A DNA stretch of 63,643 nucleotides, counting the filler. It is 5 parts of 5 records of this genome, joined end to end, with 100 filler letters (N's around TTAATTAATTAA, not from the genome) between each part and the next. Parts side by side here need not be neighbours in the genome. Positions count along the whole stretch, not along the records: positions 1 to 12,609 come from DRR723986_10791; 4 more parts are not named here. One strand, 5' to 3'. Position 1 is the first letter of the stretch; each line of letters starts with the position of its first letter. The notes beneath the pieces are model-generated. The model did no database searches. It saw only the letters and a list, made by a program, of their open reading frames with translations, and was not told where the DNA came from. Made by a program: the position numbers and the translations under genes. Below are positions 1 to 9,738 of this stretch, one piece after another.

Positions 1-153
1 TATGCCTGATTGCGCCAATAACTCTGACCGCGAACCACCCAGTTGCTCTGCGGCGAGCAACAATGCATTCACCGGCGCTGTATAAACGCTCCAATCTTTA
101 GGAATCGTTCCGACATCAATCAATGTTCCAGTGACTGAAGCGTCCACTGACAA
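1..153 (-). CDS. Probable AraC-family regulator, N-terminal fragment (runs off window edge)
   Basis: Manual translation from TTG at 153: MSVDASVTGTLIDVGTIPKDWSVYTAPVNALLLAAEQLGGSRSELLAQSGI. Starts 4 nt after the CoA-ligase stop. The 'LLxAAEQLGxxxxELLAQSGI' pattern resembles OruR/ArgR-type AraC N-terminal domains. Not in ORF track. Confidence 0.55.
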   Translation of the reverse strand, partial: MSVDASVTGTLIDVGTIPKDWSVYTAPVNALLLAAEQLGGSRSELLAQSGI

Positions 154-157
154 GTGG

Positions 158-1711
158 TCACACTTTATTTGCCATCATTTCAGGCACCGTTAATCTAAGT
201 TCAAACTTTTTCACTTTGCCCGTAGCATTTCTTGGCAACTCATCCACCAAAACAACATGCGCAGGGTGCTTATAGCGCGCCAACTTGCCGTCACAGTATG
301 CTTTCACATCACCGAGGCTGACCGATTGCCCGGCGGCAGCCACAACCACGGCACAGCCCGTTTCACCCCAACGTTCATCCTCGATACCGATAATGGCAAC
401 TTCCTGAATTGCTTCCATTGCATAGAGAACACCCTCTACTTCAGCGGGGTAGACATTTTCACCGCCGGATATGTACATATCTTTGGCGCGGTCCTGTAAA
501 ATATAGTTCCCTTCATCGTCCTGAATTGCGATGTCACCAGACCGGAACCAGTCACCCACAAAAGACTCAGCGTTTGCCTTGTCATTGTTCCAATAACCGG
601 GCGTTATGGCTGGTCCTCGCATCCAAATCTCGCCTGTTTCACCGCGCGGGACAGGGTTGCCACTCTCATCGGCAACTTTCATTTCGGTATACATAACGGC
701 CTTGCCCGATGTTCCGAAAATACGCGGCACATCTGCGTGACTTGAAATACAATTACTAGCCGACGACTCTGTCATACCGTAACCGTCCAGGATAACAAGG
801 CCGCGCTCATACCACCATTCAACCAGCTCTTTAGGCACACTGGCACCGCCTGCCAAAACCGCAACTAACCTTGAATAATCGGTTGTCGCTGCTTTGGGCG
901 ACATTCGCATGGCATTAAACATGGCTGGCACACCGAGTGTATGGGTAATACCAAGCTCTGCATCGTTAAAGGCATCAAGCGTTGCAGTGGGGTCAAACAT
1001 GCGCATTATAACGGCAGTTGCCCCACTGGATAGTGCTGGCAGGCTGGTGATATTGAGGCCGCCAATATGAAATTGCGGCATCAAGGTTAGCCAAACACTG
1101 TCTGAGGTTGCGCGGGTTGGTGCGACGCCGCTCATATGTGAAAATACGATCATCTCATGAGTGATGATCACACCCTTGGGTTTGCCGGTTGTGCCTGATG
1201 AGTACATCAGCATGCACATATCGCTGATAACTTGCTCTTCGCGCTCATAAATGGGCGTCGATGCCGCGATCGCCGTCTCCATATCTGATGGCCCGCCAAC
1301 ACCGTCAAAACCAATATAGTGCTCGATATCAACCAAGCCCTTCAACTCGTCAATGACGCCAATGAATTCATGGTCGTAGAACATCAACTTCGGGGTCGCA
1401 TCACCAATAATGTAATCCAGCTCGGGCGCGGTTAACCGGTAGTTAAGCGCCAACACAACACCGCCAACCCGCCATGTGGCCAAAACGATATCCAGCACAT
1501 CGGTAGAATTGAGCGCCAAAAAACCAACCCTGTCACCCGGCTTTATACCTTTCGCCTTCAAATGACAGGCAAGGCGACCAATACGTTCATTCATTTGTTG
1601 GTAGGTTTGTCGGCGCCCGCTGGCAAGATCAACAGTCGCCACTTTATCGGGGGTTGTCCCCGCATAGTGATTTACCCAGTCAACGACATACGGCGGCTTA
1701 TAATGTGTCAT
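158..1711 (-). CDS. Long-chain/aromatic acyl-CoA synthetase (AMP-binding family)
   Basis: Adenylate-forming motifs YSSGTTGKPKG, GYGMTE, GDIA, DRAKDMYISGGENVYPAEVE, LPRNATGKV. Confidence 0.92.
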   Translation of the reverse strand: MTHYKPPYVVDWVNHYAGTTPDKVATVDLASGRRQTYQQMNERIGRLACHLKAKGIKPGDRVGFLALNSTDVLDIVLATWRVGGVVLALNYRLTAPELDYIIGDATPKLMFYDHEFIGVIDELKGLVDIEHYIGFDGVGGPSDMETAIAASTPIYEREEQVISDMCMLMYSSGTTGKPKGVIITHEMIVFSHMSGVAPTRATSDSVWLTLMPQFHIGGLNITSLPALSSGATAVIMRMFDPTATLDAFNDAELGITHTLGVPAMFNAMRMSPKAATTDYSRLVAVLAGGASVPKELVEWWYERGLVILDGYGMTESSASNCISSHADVPRIFGTSGKAVMYTEMKVADESGNPVPRGETGEIWMRGPAITPGYWNNDKANAESFVGDWFRSGDIAIQDDEGNYILQDRAKDMYISGGENVYPAEVEGVLYAMEAIQEVAIIGIEDERWGETGCAVVVAAAGQSVSLGDVKAYCDGKLARYKHPAHVVLVDELPRNATGKVKKFELRLTVPEMMANKV

Positions 1712-1846
1712 GGATGCTTCCTCCCCAGAAAGTTAGCTTGGAAAGATGGCCTATAAAGCGTCTTCCTGTCTATCTATTGTTACGCTTTCCGCTAAAATCA
1801 GGCAAAGATAATCCCTGACCATCAACTGCATCTGTCGGAGAGCAAA

Positions 1847-3142
1847 ATGTATCAATGGAAACTGATCCTCGTTTTAGCAATGGCTGCTTTTGGTTCTTCG
1901 CACGCCCATGCAGACACAACCATATACCGTTTTGCCAAAATTATTGACGGTACTGGCGAGGTTTTAAATGGCCGCGATATCGCGGTTGATGGCAAACACA
2001 TCAAAGCTGTAGGTAATAACCTAGACCGTGTTATGGAAGGCGAACTTGTCCTGATGAGTGGCCTTACGACTCTGCCCGGCCTCATTGATGCGCATACGCA
2101 TATCACCTACGGTCTTAACAATTACCCTGAAGGCGACGCATGGGCAGCTTTAGGCGCAGTTGAGCGCGCAGAACGCTATGAAGCATCGAAAATTAATGCC
2201 CAGAAAACTTTGCAAACCGGTGTTACCAGTGTTCGTGATCTGAACGCAGATCAAAATTTGGACTTTGATCTTAAGGCTGCGATAAATGCAGGGGAAATAC
2301 CCGGCCCGCGGATTTACACTTCCGGCCCCGGTATTCACCCTTTTAATGATCCATTGCCAGAAGGCACAGAAACTGCCACAGCCGACTTTTTGCAAAAGGC
2401 TGCAGAAAAACGCATTGCCATGGGCGCAGACTGGATCAAGATTTTTGGTACAACAGGCAGCGCCTCTGACCTGACGAGCAGCGCCTATTATTCAGCAACG
2501 GCCATTAAAGCCGCAGCTGATGCAGCCAAAGCCGCAGGCAAGCGCATAACCGTTCACACATATGGCCCTGAGGCGGTTGATGCGGCCATAGCAGCTGGTG
2601 TTACATCTATCGACCACCCGGTTGGCATGTCGGCTGCACAAATAAAAGCGATGGCGGACACGGGCATAATTTATGTACCAACTATTGACCACAATCGTTA
2701 CTACGCACAGCACGGGGCCGAGTATGGTTATGACGATGCTGTTCGCACTGGTTTGCATGTATTTGTTGGCCGCAACATTGAAACTACTCGGCAGGCACAC
2801 ACAGCCGGCGTTATGATCGCAATGGGGTCTGACGCTGTCTTAAGCGGATTCGGCGAAAACACCTGCGAACTGAAAGCCTTTATCGCTGCAGGTATGACGC
2901 CCGCAGAAGCCGTACAAACGGCAACGATAAACGGCGCCCGGCTTCTGGGCGAAGAGGCAAACTTAGGCAGAATTCAAGCCGGTTATGAGGCTGACTTTGT
3001 TGCTGTTGCTGGAGACCCGCTGACCGATATTGGCGTTGTTACAAACGGTGTTGTCGCTGTAATGAAAGCAGGAGAACTGGTGGTTGACCACCGCCTAAAC
3101 CCGGCGATGGTCAACAAACCTGATTGTGGCACCCTCTATTAG
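1847..3142 (+). CDS. Exported metal-dependent amidohydrolase (Xaa-Pro dipeptidase-like)
   Basis: Signal peptide ending AHA-D; metal ligands DAHTH, WIKIF (Lys), VHTYG, DHP, GSDA; GGAG RBS upstream. Confidence 0.88.
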   Translation: MYQWKLILVLAMAAFGSSHAHADTTIYRFAKIIDGTGEVLNGRDIAVDGKHIKAVGNNLDRVMEGELVLMSGLTTLPGLIDAHTHITYGLNNYPEGDAWAALGAVERAERYEASKINAQKTLQTGVTSVRDLNADQNLDFDLKAAINAGEIPGPRIYTSGPGIHPFNDPLPEGTETATADFLQKAAEKRIAMGADWIKIFGTTGSASDLTSSAYYSATAIKAAADAAKAAGKRITVHTYGPEAVDAAIAAGVTSIDHPVGMSAAQIKAMADTGIIYVPTIDHNRYYAQHGAEYGYDDAVRTGLHVFVGRNIETTRQAHTAGVMIAMGSDAVLSGFGENTCELKAFIAAGMTPAEAVQTATINGARLLGEEANLGRIQAGYEADFVAVAGDPLTDIGVVTNGVVAVMKAGELVVDHRLNPAMVNKPDCGTLY

Positions 3143-3165
3143 GTAGCCAGTTCGCGGCCACCCGC

Positions 3166-6100
3166 TCACTGGCCATCATGATGGTCAGTTTTCCGGTCAT
3201 CGTTCCGGTAAATATCGGGATTATCCCAAGGCTTCGGACCAAACGGCTTCGCCATTGGCCAAATTTCGTCAAGCGTTTCAGCATCACGGAGAACGCCGCC
3301 TTGCATAACATGGCCAATGTCGAGTGTGTTGCGAATGTCATCAAGCGGGTTGGATTTCAACACCACCAAATCACCAAGTTTACCAACTTCAAGGCTGCCA
3401 ATGTCTTCGCTAGCACCAAGGAAATGTGCGCCGTGGCGTGTTGCCACCTCAAGCGCGCCATGAGCACCCATAGCACTTGCCACCATCCAGGTTTCCCAGT
3501 GCGAGCCAATACCATGCTGCTGACCATGTGACCCGATGGCACCGTAACCACCCTCTGCAATAACATCCGCCATGCCTTGTGCAATCATAGGGAAACTATA
3601 ATCTGTCTCTGGTCGCTTAATAGGCCTGCGAGTATTAGGAATCAACTGGCGCCACGGCAACCATTTGCGTTGTTTTGCATCCTGCCAGACATTTGTTTCC
3701 TGCCAGAAATATTCCTCGTTCCAAGCGCCCGGGCCGCCTACAACAAAGGTAGGAGAGTAAACCGCCTTGGCTTGCCCGAAGAATTTGGCCGCATCGCTGT
3801 AAAGCGGGGCATAACTCATGGGATGCTCGAAACCAGTTTGGCCATCCATAATCATCCCCAGATTGTAAGCAAGGTCCGAGCCTTCGGAAGTAACCATAAT
3901 GCCTTCTTTACGAGCGATATCACTAACCCACTGGCGCTGGTCCCGGCGCGGCTGCAAATACTGCTTTGCCATTACAGCACCCCAAGATTTAAGGCGCTTA
4001 ATGTTGTCTTCGGCAACACTGTAACTGGTTAACAGGTTGGTTCTGGCATCATCGCGGTTATACAAAGGGCCACCTGCTGAATAGGTACGGGGGCCAATTA
4101 CCTTGCCAGCCTCAATCAATTCAGCCGCTGAAAAAACATTCTGCGCTGCCACTGCGTTATCAAGCGCTGTGGTCACACCGTAAGCCGTGTAGATGGCTGT
4201 TTCATAGCCGCGCGCCGGGATGATACCGCGGTAATCACGGAAATGGTGGGCGTGCATGTCAACAAAGCCCGGAATGATGGTAGAGCCAGAGGCATCAATT
4301 ACCCGGTCAACACCCGATGTATCGCATGTTCCAACACACGAAATACGACTACCGCTGACAACAATGGTCGCATTTTCAAGCACTTCCTTACCGCGCATTG
4401 TGATAATACGTGCGCCCGTAAGCGCAATAGCACCCTCAGGAATGCGTTTTTCAACCGACAGAGACAGCTTGGTTTCGCTGGTTTCGCCGCTTGCTACATC
4501 ATGGGCATAATAGGTGGACGCAGAGCCAAACTCCAGCGTGCCGCTATCACGCCATGTTGGGAACAAACCGCCAGTTTTGGAAAGTTGTTTAACGGGCAAC
4601 ACACCCCGCCCAGCTGTTTTGCTGATTAAAATGGGCTTTGCCCGCGCTTGCTCATACGGTAGCGGCGAGAGATAAACATTATCCCCCTCCAAAAAAGCCA
4701 CATGACTGCCGTTAGGTGAAATAACCGCCTCATCGGCAAAGTCAAACCGAGCATGTATGCGCGGTGGGTCAATCGAAGGCAACAAAGAAACTGAAACCAA
4801 CTGGGAATACCCTGCAGGTCCATCGCCTTCTGCAAACTCATCATCGCCGTGCAGAGAAAATTCCTCATTTTCTATGCCAGAGCTGGATCCTTTAACACCT
4901 TCAAGATAAAAAATGCGATTGTCCGGCCCCCATGAAGGGCGCGGTAATTGCCCTCGACCACGACCAAACCGGTCACTGTAATCAATGCGGGCAACGGCTA
5001 CTGCGTTATCACCGTCAGCGTCCATGCGAACCACGTCCCAATATGGATTGTGGGTTACTTCGCGGCCTCTTGCATTGGCATTGCCGCTTTTCACAACCAC
5101 CAGCATTTTACCGTCAGCGCTCCAGTCGGGGTGAATATACTCGCTGGCTTGTGTGGTTATTTGTTTCGGACGACCACCGCCAGAGGCGCGCACTGTCCAA
5201 ACCTGCCCGCGCTCAAGGTCATCCCATGTGGTAAAGGCAATGGTCTTGCCATCAGGCGACCAGGCTGGTGAAAACTCAAACGGTACGAAACTGTCTCGTG
5301 TTAGCCGTTTGGCCGTTCCATTGGGAAGGTCCTGAACCCAAATTTTACCAACCGCCTGAAAAGCCAGTTTAGACCCATCAGGCGATGCTGCCGTCCAGCG
5401 TATAAACTGAGATTCGAACGGGTCATCCGTGATACGGAAACCTTTATACGCTTGTTCTGAAATTGTGCGTTCAACTTTGGCGGAAAACGGAATGGTAGAA
5501 ACCTCACCACTTGCAACATCAACGCGGCGAATTTTGCCGCCTTGAGACAAAATAACTGACTTACCGTCTGGCGCGAAACTGTAGCCTGGAAGCACGCGCA
5601 AGGTTTTCATGCCCTCGACCATGTCCTGGGTCACAGGGTCCATCAAAATACGTTCTGTACCACTTTCCATATCCCGCAACCAAAGGGCGGTACGCGGCCC
5701 GAATTTTTGGCCCTTGTGAGATACTGTTCCATCGGGAATGCGGCGAATGAAGGTCATCAATTTGCCGTCAGGCGAAATTTCCGGGGCTGCCGCACCGCCA
5801 CTGGAAAAACGCGACTGCTGCTGGTTAAAGCCGTGACTAACGCTAGTCACATCGCCGGTTTCCAAACTTAAACGGCTTACCTGAATTTCACCCGCGAGAA
5901 AATTCCATTGTCCCCAAGTAGTACCGCCGCTGGTGCGTTTGTGAAAATACAACCATTTACCGTCTGCCGATGGGCTTGGCCATGCCGCTCCAGCCTCTTC
6001 GCGCCCGATAAGTTGAATGCCTTTACCGCCGTCTTTGTGGAACATCCAAATACCCACATCTGGACGACCAGATGGCGAAGGTAGGCCGCGTTTGCGCGTG

Positions 6101-6576
6101 TAAATATAATTGCTATCTGCGCTCCATGTGGGGGTTAAAAAACGAGCGTTCAGGTCTTTAGAAACTTGTCTTGGGTTCGAACCATCGGCATCCATTACCC
6201 ATATGTTATCTTGCCCACCCCGGTCAGAAATAAAAGCAATTGAGGTTCCGTCGGGCGAATATCTGGGATGATAATTGGTGGCAACACCGCTGTCTTGCGT
6301 CAAGCTTACCGCATCACCGCCGTTAATAGGCATACGGTATACATGCGCGAGCAAATCGAAAACCACCCACTGGCCGTCTGGGGAAACATCCACCGACATA
6401 AAGGTGCCCTCATCCGTGGTGAAGGAAATTTGGCGAGTGTCACCGCGCGCGATCGTGGTGTCCCATGCCTCTTTCTTTGCCTCGTGCCCATCAGCATGAA
6501 CAGCTGGCATTATCGCCAGTGTTTGCGCAGCAAGTAGCAACCCGGCTGAACCTAATGATTTGCAAAAATTTTTCAT
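3166..6576 (-). CDS. Exported TolB/PD40 beta-propeller + amidohydrolase fusion protein
   Basis: Signal peptide; repeated SPDG/SADG blades; C-terminal PGFVDMHAH...GSHGQQHG...GSLEVGKLGDLVVL amidohydrolase domain. Confidence 0.9.
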   Translation of the reverse strand: MKNFCKSLGSAGLLLAAQTLAIMPAVHADGHEAKKEAWDTTIARGDTRQISFTTDEGTFMSVDVSPDGQWVVFDLLAHVYRMPINGGDAVSLTQDSGVATNYHPRYSPDGTSIAFISDRGGQDNIWVMDADGSNPRQVSKDLNARFLTPTWSADSNYIYTRKRGLPSPSGRPDVGIWMFHKDGGKGIQLIGREEAGAAWPSPSADGKWLYFHKRTSGGTTWGQWNFLAGEIQVSRLSLETGDVTSVSHGFNQQQSRFSSGGAAAPEISPDGKLMTFIRRIPDGTVSHKGQKFGPRTALWLRDMESGTERILMDPVTQDMVEGMKTLRVLPGYSFAPDGKSVILSQGGKIRRVDVASGEVSTIPFSAKVERTISEQAYKGFRITDDPFESQFIRWTAASPDGSKLAFQAVGKIWVQDLPNGTAKRLTRDSFVPFEFSPAWSPDGKTIAFTTWDDLERGQVWTVRASGGGRPKQITTQASEYIHPDWSADGKMLVVVKSGNANARGREVTHNPYWDVVRMDADGDNAVAVARIDYSDRFGRGRGQLPRPSWGPDNRIFYLEGVKGSSSGIENEEFSLHGDDEFAEGDGPAGYSQLVSVSLLPSIDPPRIHARFDFADEAVISPNGSHVAFLEGDNVYLSPLPYEQARAKPILISKTAGRGVLPVKQLSKTGGLFPTWRDSGTLEFGSASTYYAHDVASGETSETKLSLSVEKRIPEGAIALTGARIITMRGKEVLENATIVVSGSRISCVGTCDTSGVDRVIDASGSTIIPGFVDMHAHHFRDYRGIIPARGYETAIYTAYGVTTALDNAVAAQNVFSAAELIEAGKVIGPRTYSAGGPLYNRDDARTNLLTSYSVAEDNIKRLKSWGAVMAKQYLQPRRDQRQWVSDIARKEGIMVTSEGSDLAYNLGMIMDGQTGFEHPMSYAPLYSDAAKFFGQAKAVYSPTFVVGGPGAWNEEYFWQETNVWQDAKQRKWLPWRQLIPNTRRPIKRPETDYSFPMIAQGMADVIAEGGYGAIGSHGQQHGIGSHWETWMVASAMGAHGALEVATRHGAHFLGASEDIGSLEVGKLGDLVVLKSNPLDDIRNTLDIGHVMQGGVLRDAETLDEIWPMAKPFGPKPWDNPDIYRNDDRKTDHHDGQ

Positions 6577-6648
6577 GACAAGACCTCGCTATTTTTGAAC
6601 CGACGGCGAAGCACTTTAGATATAGCTCCCCCACTATTCCCCCATTAA

Positions 6649-6676
6649 AGTATAACCAGCCTCACAAATTTGACAA
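6649..6676 (-). promoter_or_regulatory. Putative sigma70 promoter for the propeller-amidohydrolase gene
   Basis: Minus strand TTGTCA-N16-TATACT about 70 nt upstream of the ATG at 6576. Confidence 0.4.
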
Positions 6677-6806
6677 GAAATCCGCCCGCAAGGCTTTAGT
6701 TTAGTGAAAAAGCATCCTATGAACGTAAATTCGTAGGTAAAAATATGAAATAGTTGCCCATAATAGGGACTTTACTGTTGAATATTACGTAGCATTCAGA
6801 GGCAGT

Positions 6807-7706
6807 ATGATGTTTGAAGGGTTTACCACTGAAACAATAAAAGGTGCCGGTACAGATATTTTCCTGCGCCGAAGCGGGCCTGACGGCGCGCCTGCCCTTT
6901 TGATGTTGCACGGAAACCCGCAAACCTCTGCCATGTGGCATAAAGTTGCACCGGTGCTGACAAAGAAATTTCAAGTCATTTGCCCCGACTTGCGGGGTTA
7001 TGGTCGTTCAGGCAAACCCCCTTCAACGCCGGATCATGCACCCTATTCCAAGCGAGTAATGGCAGCAGATATGGTGGCTGTTATGAAAAGCCTTGGGCAT
7101 GAACGGTTTTTTGTAGCGGCTCATGACCGCGGTGCTCGCGTAGCGCACAGGCTGGCACTGGATAGCCCTTCATGCGTGATTGCCATGACCTTACTGGACA
7201 TCGCGCCAACAAGGGAAATGTACGCAAAGACTACAGCAGACTTTGCCCAAGCCTATTGGCACTGGTTTTTGCAAACGCAAAAAGCACCCATTCCAGAAAA
7301 TATTATCGGTGCCGACCCCGAAGGGTTTTGGAAGCTCAAGTGCTTCAATCAGGCGGGCAGCCACTTGTTTGACCCGGATGCGCTAACAGAATATCTGAAC
7401 GCATTCAAAGACCCAGCCATGATCCATGCTTCCTGCGAAGATTACCGCGCCGCAAGAACAATAGACATTGAGCATGACAATGCAGACGGCTCTCGTAAAC
7501 TTGAAACACCCTTGCAAGTATTATGGGCGCAGAGCGGCGCGATTGAGAAATGTTTTGAACCGCTGAAATTATGGCAAAGCCGGGCTTCAAATGTGATTGG
7601 CGAGGCAATGAACTGCGGCCACTATATGGCCGAGCAAATACCTGAAGCCATCATTGCAAAACTTACCCGTTTTTTCGCTAACCACATGAATGAGCCAAGC
7701 CAATGA
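6807..7706 (+). CDS. Haloacetate/fluoroacetate dehalogenase-type alpha/beta hydrolase
   Basis: LHGNPQT; nucleophile motif HDRGARVAHR (Asp-Arg-xx-Arg); LLDIAP; YWHWF; CEDYRAA; GHYMAE. This is the residue set of FAcD-type enzymes. Confidence 0.85.
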   Translation: MMFEGFTTETIKGAGTDIFLRRSGPDGAPALLMLHGNPQTSAMWHKVAPVLTKKFQVICPDLRGYGRSGKPPSTPDHAPYSKRVMAADMVAVMKSLGHERFFVAAHDRGARVAHRLALDSPSCVIAMTLLDIAPTREMYAKTTADFAQAYWHWFLQTQKAPIPENIIGADPEGFWKLKCFNQAGSHLFDPDALTEYLNAFKDPAMIHASCEDYRAARTIDIEHDNADGSRKLETPLQVLWAQSGAIEKCFEPLKLWQSRASNVIGEAMNCGHYMAEQIPEAIIAKLTRFFANHMNEPSQ

Positions 7707-9097
7707 CCGCACGCACATTATATGACAAACTGGTTGATGCGCACAAAGTTTGTGACCTGCCCGGCGGCGACATTCTGGTATATGTCGATTTCCACATTAT
7801 GAATGAATATACAAGTCCACAGGCTTTCTCAGGGCTTGAAGCTAAGGGCATACCCGTGTGGCGGCCAGAAGCCCATTTATCTGTGGTGGACCATGTTAAT
7901 GGCACCAGACGGCGAGAAGGCCCGGACGAAGCCTCACGGTTGCTCATTAGCAACCTTGAACAAAACTGCAAGAAACATGGCATTGCACTATACGGTTTGG
8001 GTGACCCTCGCCAAGGCATTGAGCATGTTGTAGTGCCAGAACAGGGGCTGGTAGCACCGGGTATGCTTGTTGCCTGCGGTGATAGTCACACCACCACATA
8101 CGGTGCTTTCGGTGCGCTTGGCTTTGGCATTGGCACGTCTGAGGTGGAACATGTGCTGGCCAGCCAAACGCTGCGCTATCAGCGATTAAAATCAATGCGG
8201 GTGACAATCGACGGTGAAACCGCACCCGGCGTTACCGCCAAAGACATAATTATGCAGGTTATAAAAACCGTGGGCGCGGGGGCAGCTAATGGGTATGCCG
8301 TTGAATTTGCCGGGTCGACCATTCGCGCGCAAGACATGGCCGGACGCATGACAATATGCAACATGGCGGTTGAACTTGGCGCCCGCGCAGCTTTAATTGC
8401 TGCCGACGAAGTAACCCACGCCGCCTGCCAAGGTAAAGAACATAGCGCCTTCATGAGCTATGACCTTAACCAATGGCAATCAGACGCCGGCGCTGCATTT
8501 GATCGCGACATAGTACTTAACGGCGCGGACATCAGTCCGTTGGTTAGTTGGGGCACAAGCCCCGACCAAACATTGCCCGTGGGCAGCCAGCTCCCGCGTG
8601 AAGCGGACATGTCAACACCCGCTGCCAAACAAGCATTACACCGTTCGCTAAAATACATGGGCTTATCCGAAGGCCAACCTTTGACGGGCGTACCAATCGA
8701 CATGGCCTTCATTGGCTCTTGCACAAACAGTCGCATTGAAGACTTGCGGGCAGCAGCAAAGATACTTGCGGGCCGCAAGGTCGCAGACGGCGTGACCGCC
8801 CTAATCGTTCCGGGGTCAATGGCGACGAAACTTCATGCAGAGGCCGAGGGGCTTGATAAGGTTTTTATCGAAGCAGGATTTGAGTGGCGACCAGAGAGCG
8901 GATGCTCCATGTGCCTTGCCATGAACGACGATGTAGCGATGGACGGCGAGCGGGTGGCCTCATCTACCAACCGCAACTTTGAAGGCCGTCAGGGCCGTGG
9001 CGCACGTACACACTTGATGAGTCCCGCAATGGTGGCTGCGGCTGCCGTCGCCGGGCATATTACTGATGTACGTGATTTTGCAAAGAAGGGGGGTTAA
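7703..9097 (+). CDS. leuC: 3-isopropylmalate dehydratase large subunit homologue (divergent paralogue)
   Basis: RTLYDK, CGDSHTTTYGAFGALGFGIGTSEVEHV, RMTICNMAVE, GSCTNSR, GCSMCLAMN, SSTNRNFEGRQG; ATGA overlap with upstream gene. Confidence 0.9.
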   Translation: MTARTLYDKLVDAHKVCDLPGGDILVYVDFHIMNEYTSPQAFSGLEAKGIPVWRPEAHLSVVDHVNGTRRREGPDEASRLLISNLEQNCKKHGIALYGLGDPRQGIEHVVVPEQGLVAPGMLVACGDSHTTTYGAFGALGFGIGTSEVEHVLASQTLRYQRLKSMRVTIDGETAPGVTAKDIIMQVIKTVGAGAANGYAVEFAGSTIRAQDMAGRMTICNMAVELGARAALIAADEVTHAACQGKEHSAFMSYDLNQWQSDAGAAFDRDIVLNGADISPLVSWGTSPDQTLPVGSQLPREADMSTPAAKQALHRSLKYMGLSEGQPLTGVPIDMAFIGSCTNSRIEDLRAAAKILAGRKVADGVTALIVPGSMATKLHAEAEGLDKVFIEAGFEWRPESGCSMCLAMNDDVAMDGERVASSTNRNFEGRQGRGARTHLMSPAMVAAAAVAGHITDVRDFAKKGG

Positions 9098-9102
9098 CCG
9101 AA

Positions 9103-9708
9103 ATGCCAACTGAAATTTCAGGTAAAGCCGCTGCCTTCGCACAACCGAATGTTGATACTGACGTAATCATGCCAAAGCGGTTTCTTAAAACCATCACGCG
9201 CGAAGGCTTGGCAGAGGGCACTTTCGCTGATTTGCGCTTCACAGAAACCGGGTCCACACGACCGGAATTCATTTTAAATACCACTGGTTGGCGCGATGCA
9301 TCAATTTTGGTGGTGGGCAGCAACTTTGGTTGCGGGTCAAGCCGAGAACATGCGGTTTGGGGGCTCAAGCAGCTGGGTATTAACGCCATTATAGGCACAG
9401 ATTTTGGTGGTATTTTCTACGATAATGCCCGCAAAAATGGCCTCGCACTGCCCATCGTTTCAGAAGAAAGCCGCAACAGCCTATTACTCTTGGCAGGCGA
9501 TTTAAGCACAGCACAATTCCAGATCAATATCGCTGAGAAAACTGTAAAGGCAGGCCCGGAAACCTTTACTTTTGAAATGGCCGAAACCGTACAAACTGCC
9601 CTTATTGAGGGCCAAGATGAAACCCTGGACACATTGAAACTGGCGAGCCAAATCAAGGCGTTTGAAATGGCAAACCCAAATAACCTGAAGCTTCAGGTTA
9701 ACAAGTAG
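9103..9708 (+). CDS. leuD: 3-isopropylmalate dehydratase small subunit homologue
   Basis: NVDTDVIMPKRFLK, NFGCGSSREHAVW, FGGIFYDNARKNGL; 5 nt after leuC. Confidence 0.9.
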   Translation: MPTEISGKAAAFAQPNVDTDVIMPKRFLKTITREGLAEGTFADLRFTETGSTRPEFILNTTGWRDASILVVGSNFGCGSSREHAVWGLKQLGINAIIGTDFGGIFYDNARKNGLALPIVSEESRNSLLLLAGDLSTAQFQINIAEKTVKAGPETFTFEMAETVQTALIEGQDETLDTLKLASQIKAFEMANPNNLKLQVNK

Positions 9709-9738
9709 CCTAACCCACCAAGCAGAGTTGGAAAAAAC

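Noticed and set aside
6577-6806. Fluoride riboswitch upstream of the dehalogenase
   Set aside because: No GGCGATGG-type 5' consensus or matching pseudoknot seen; region is an AT-rich divergent promoter. An Infernal search would settle it.
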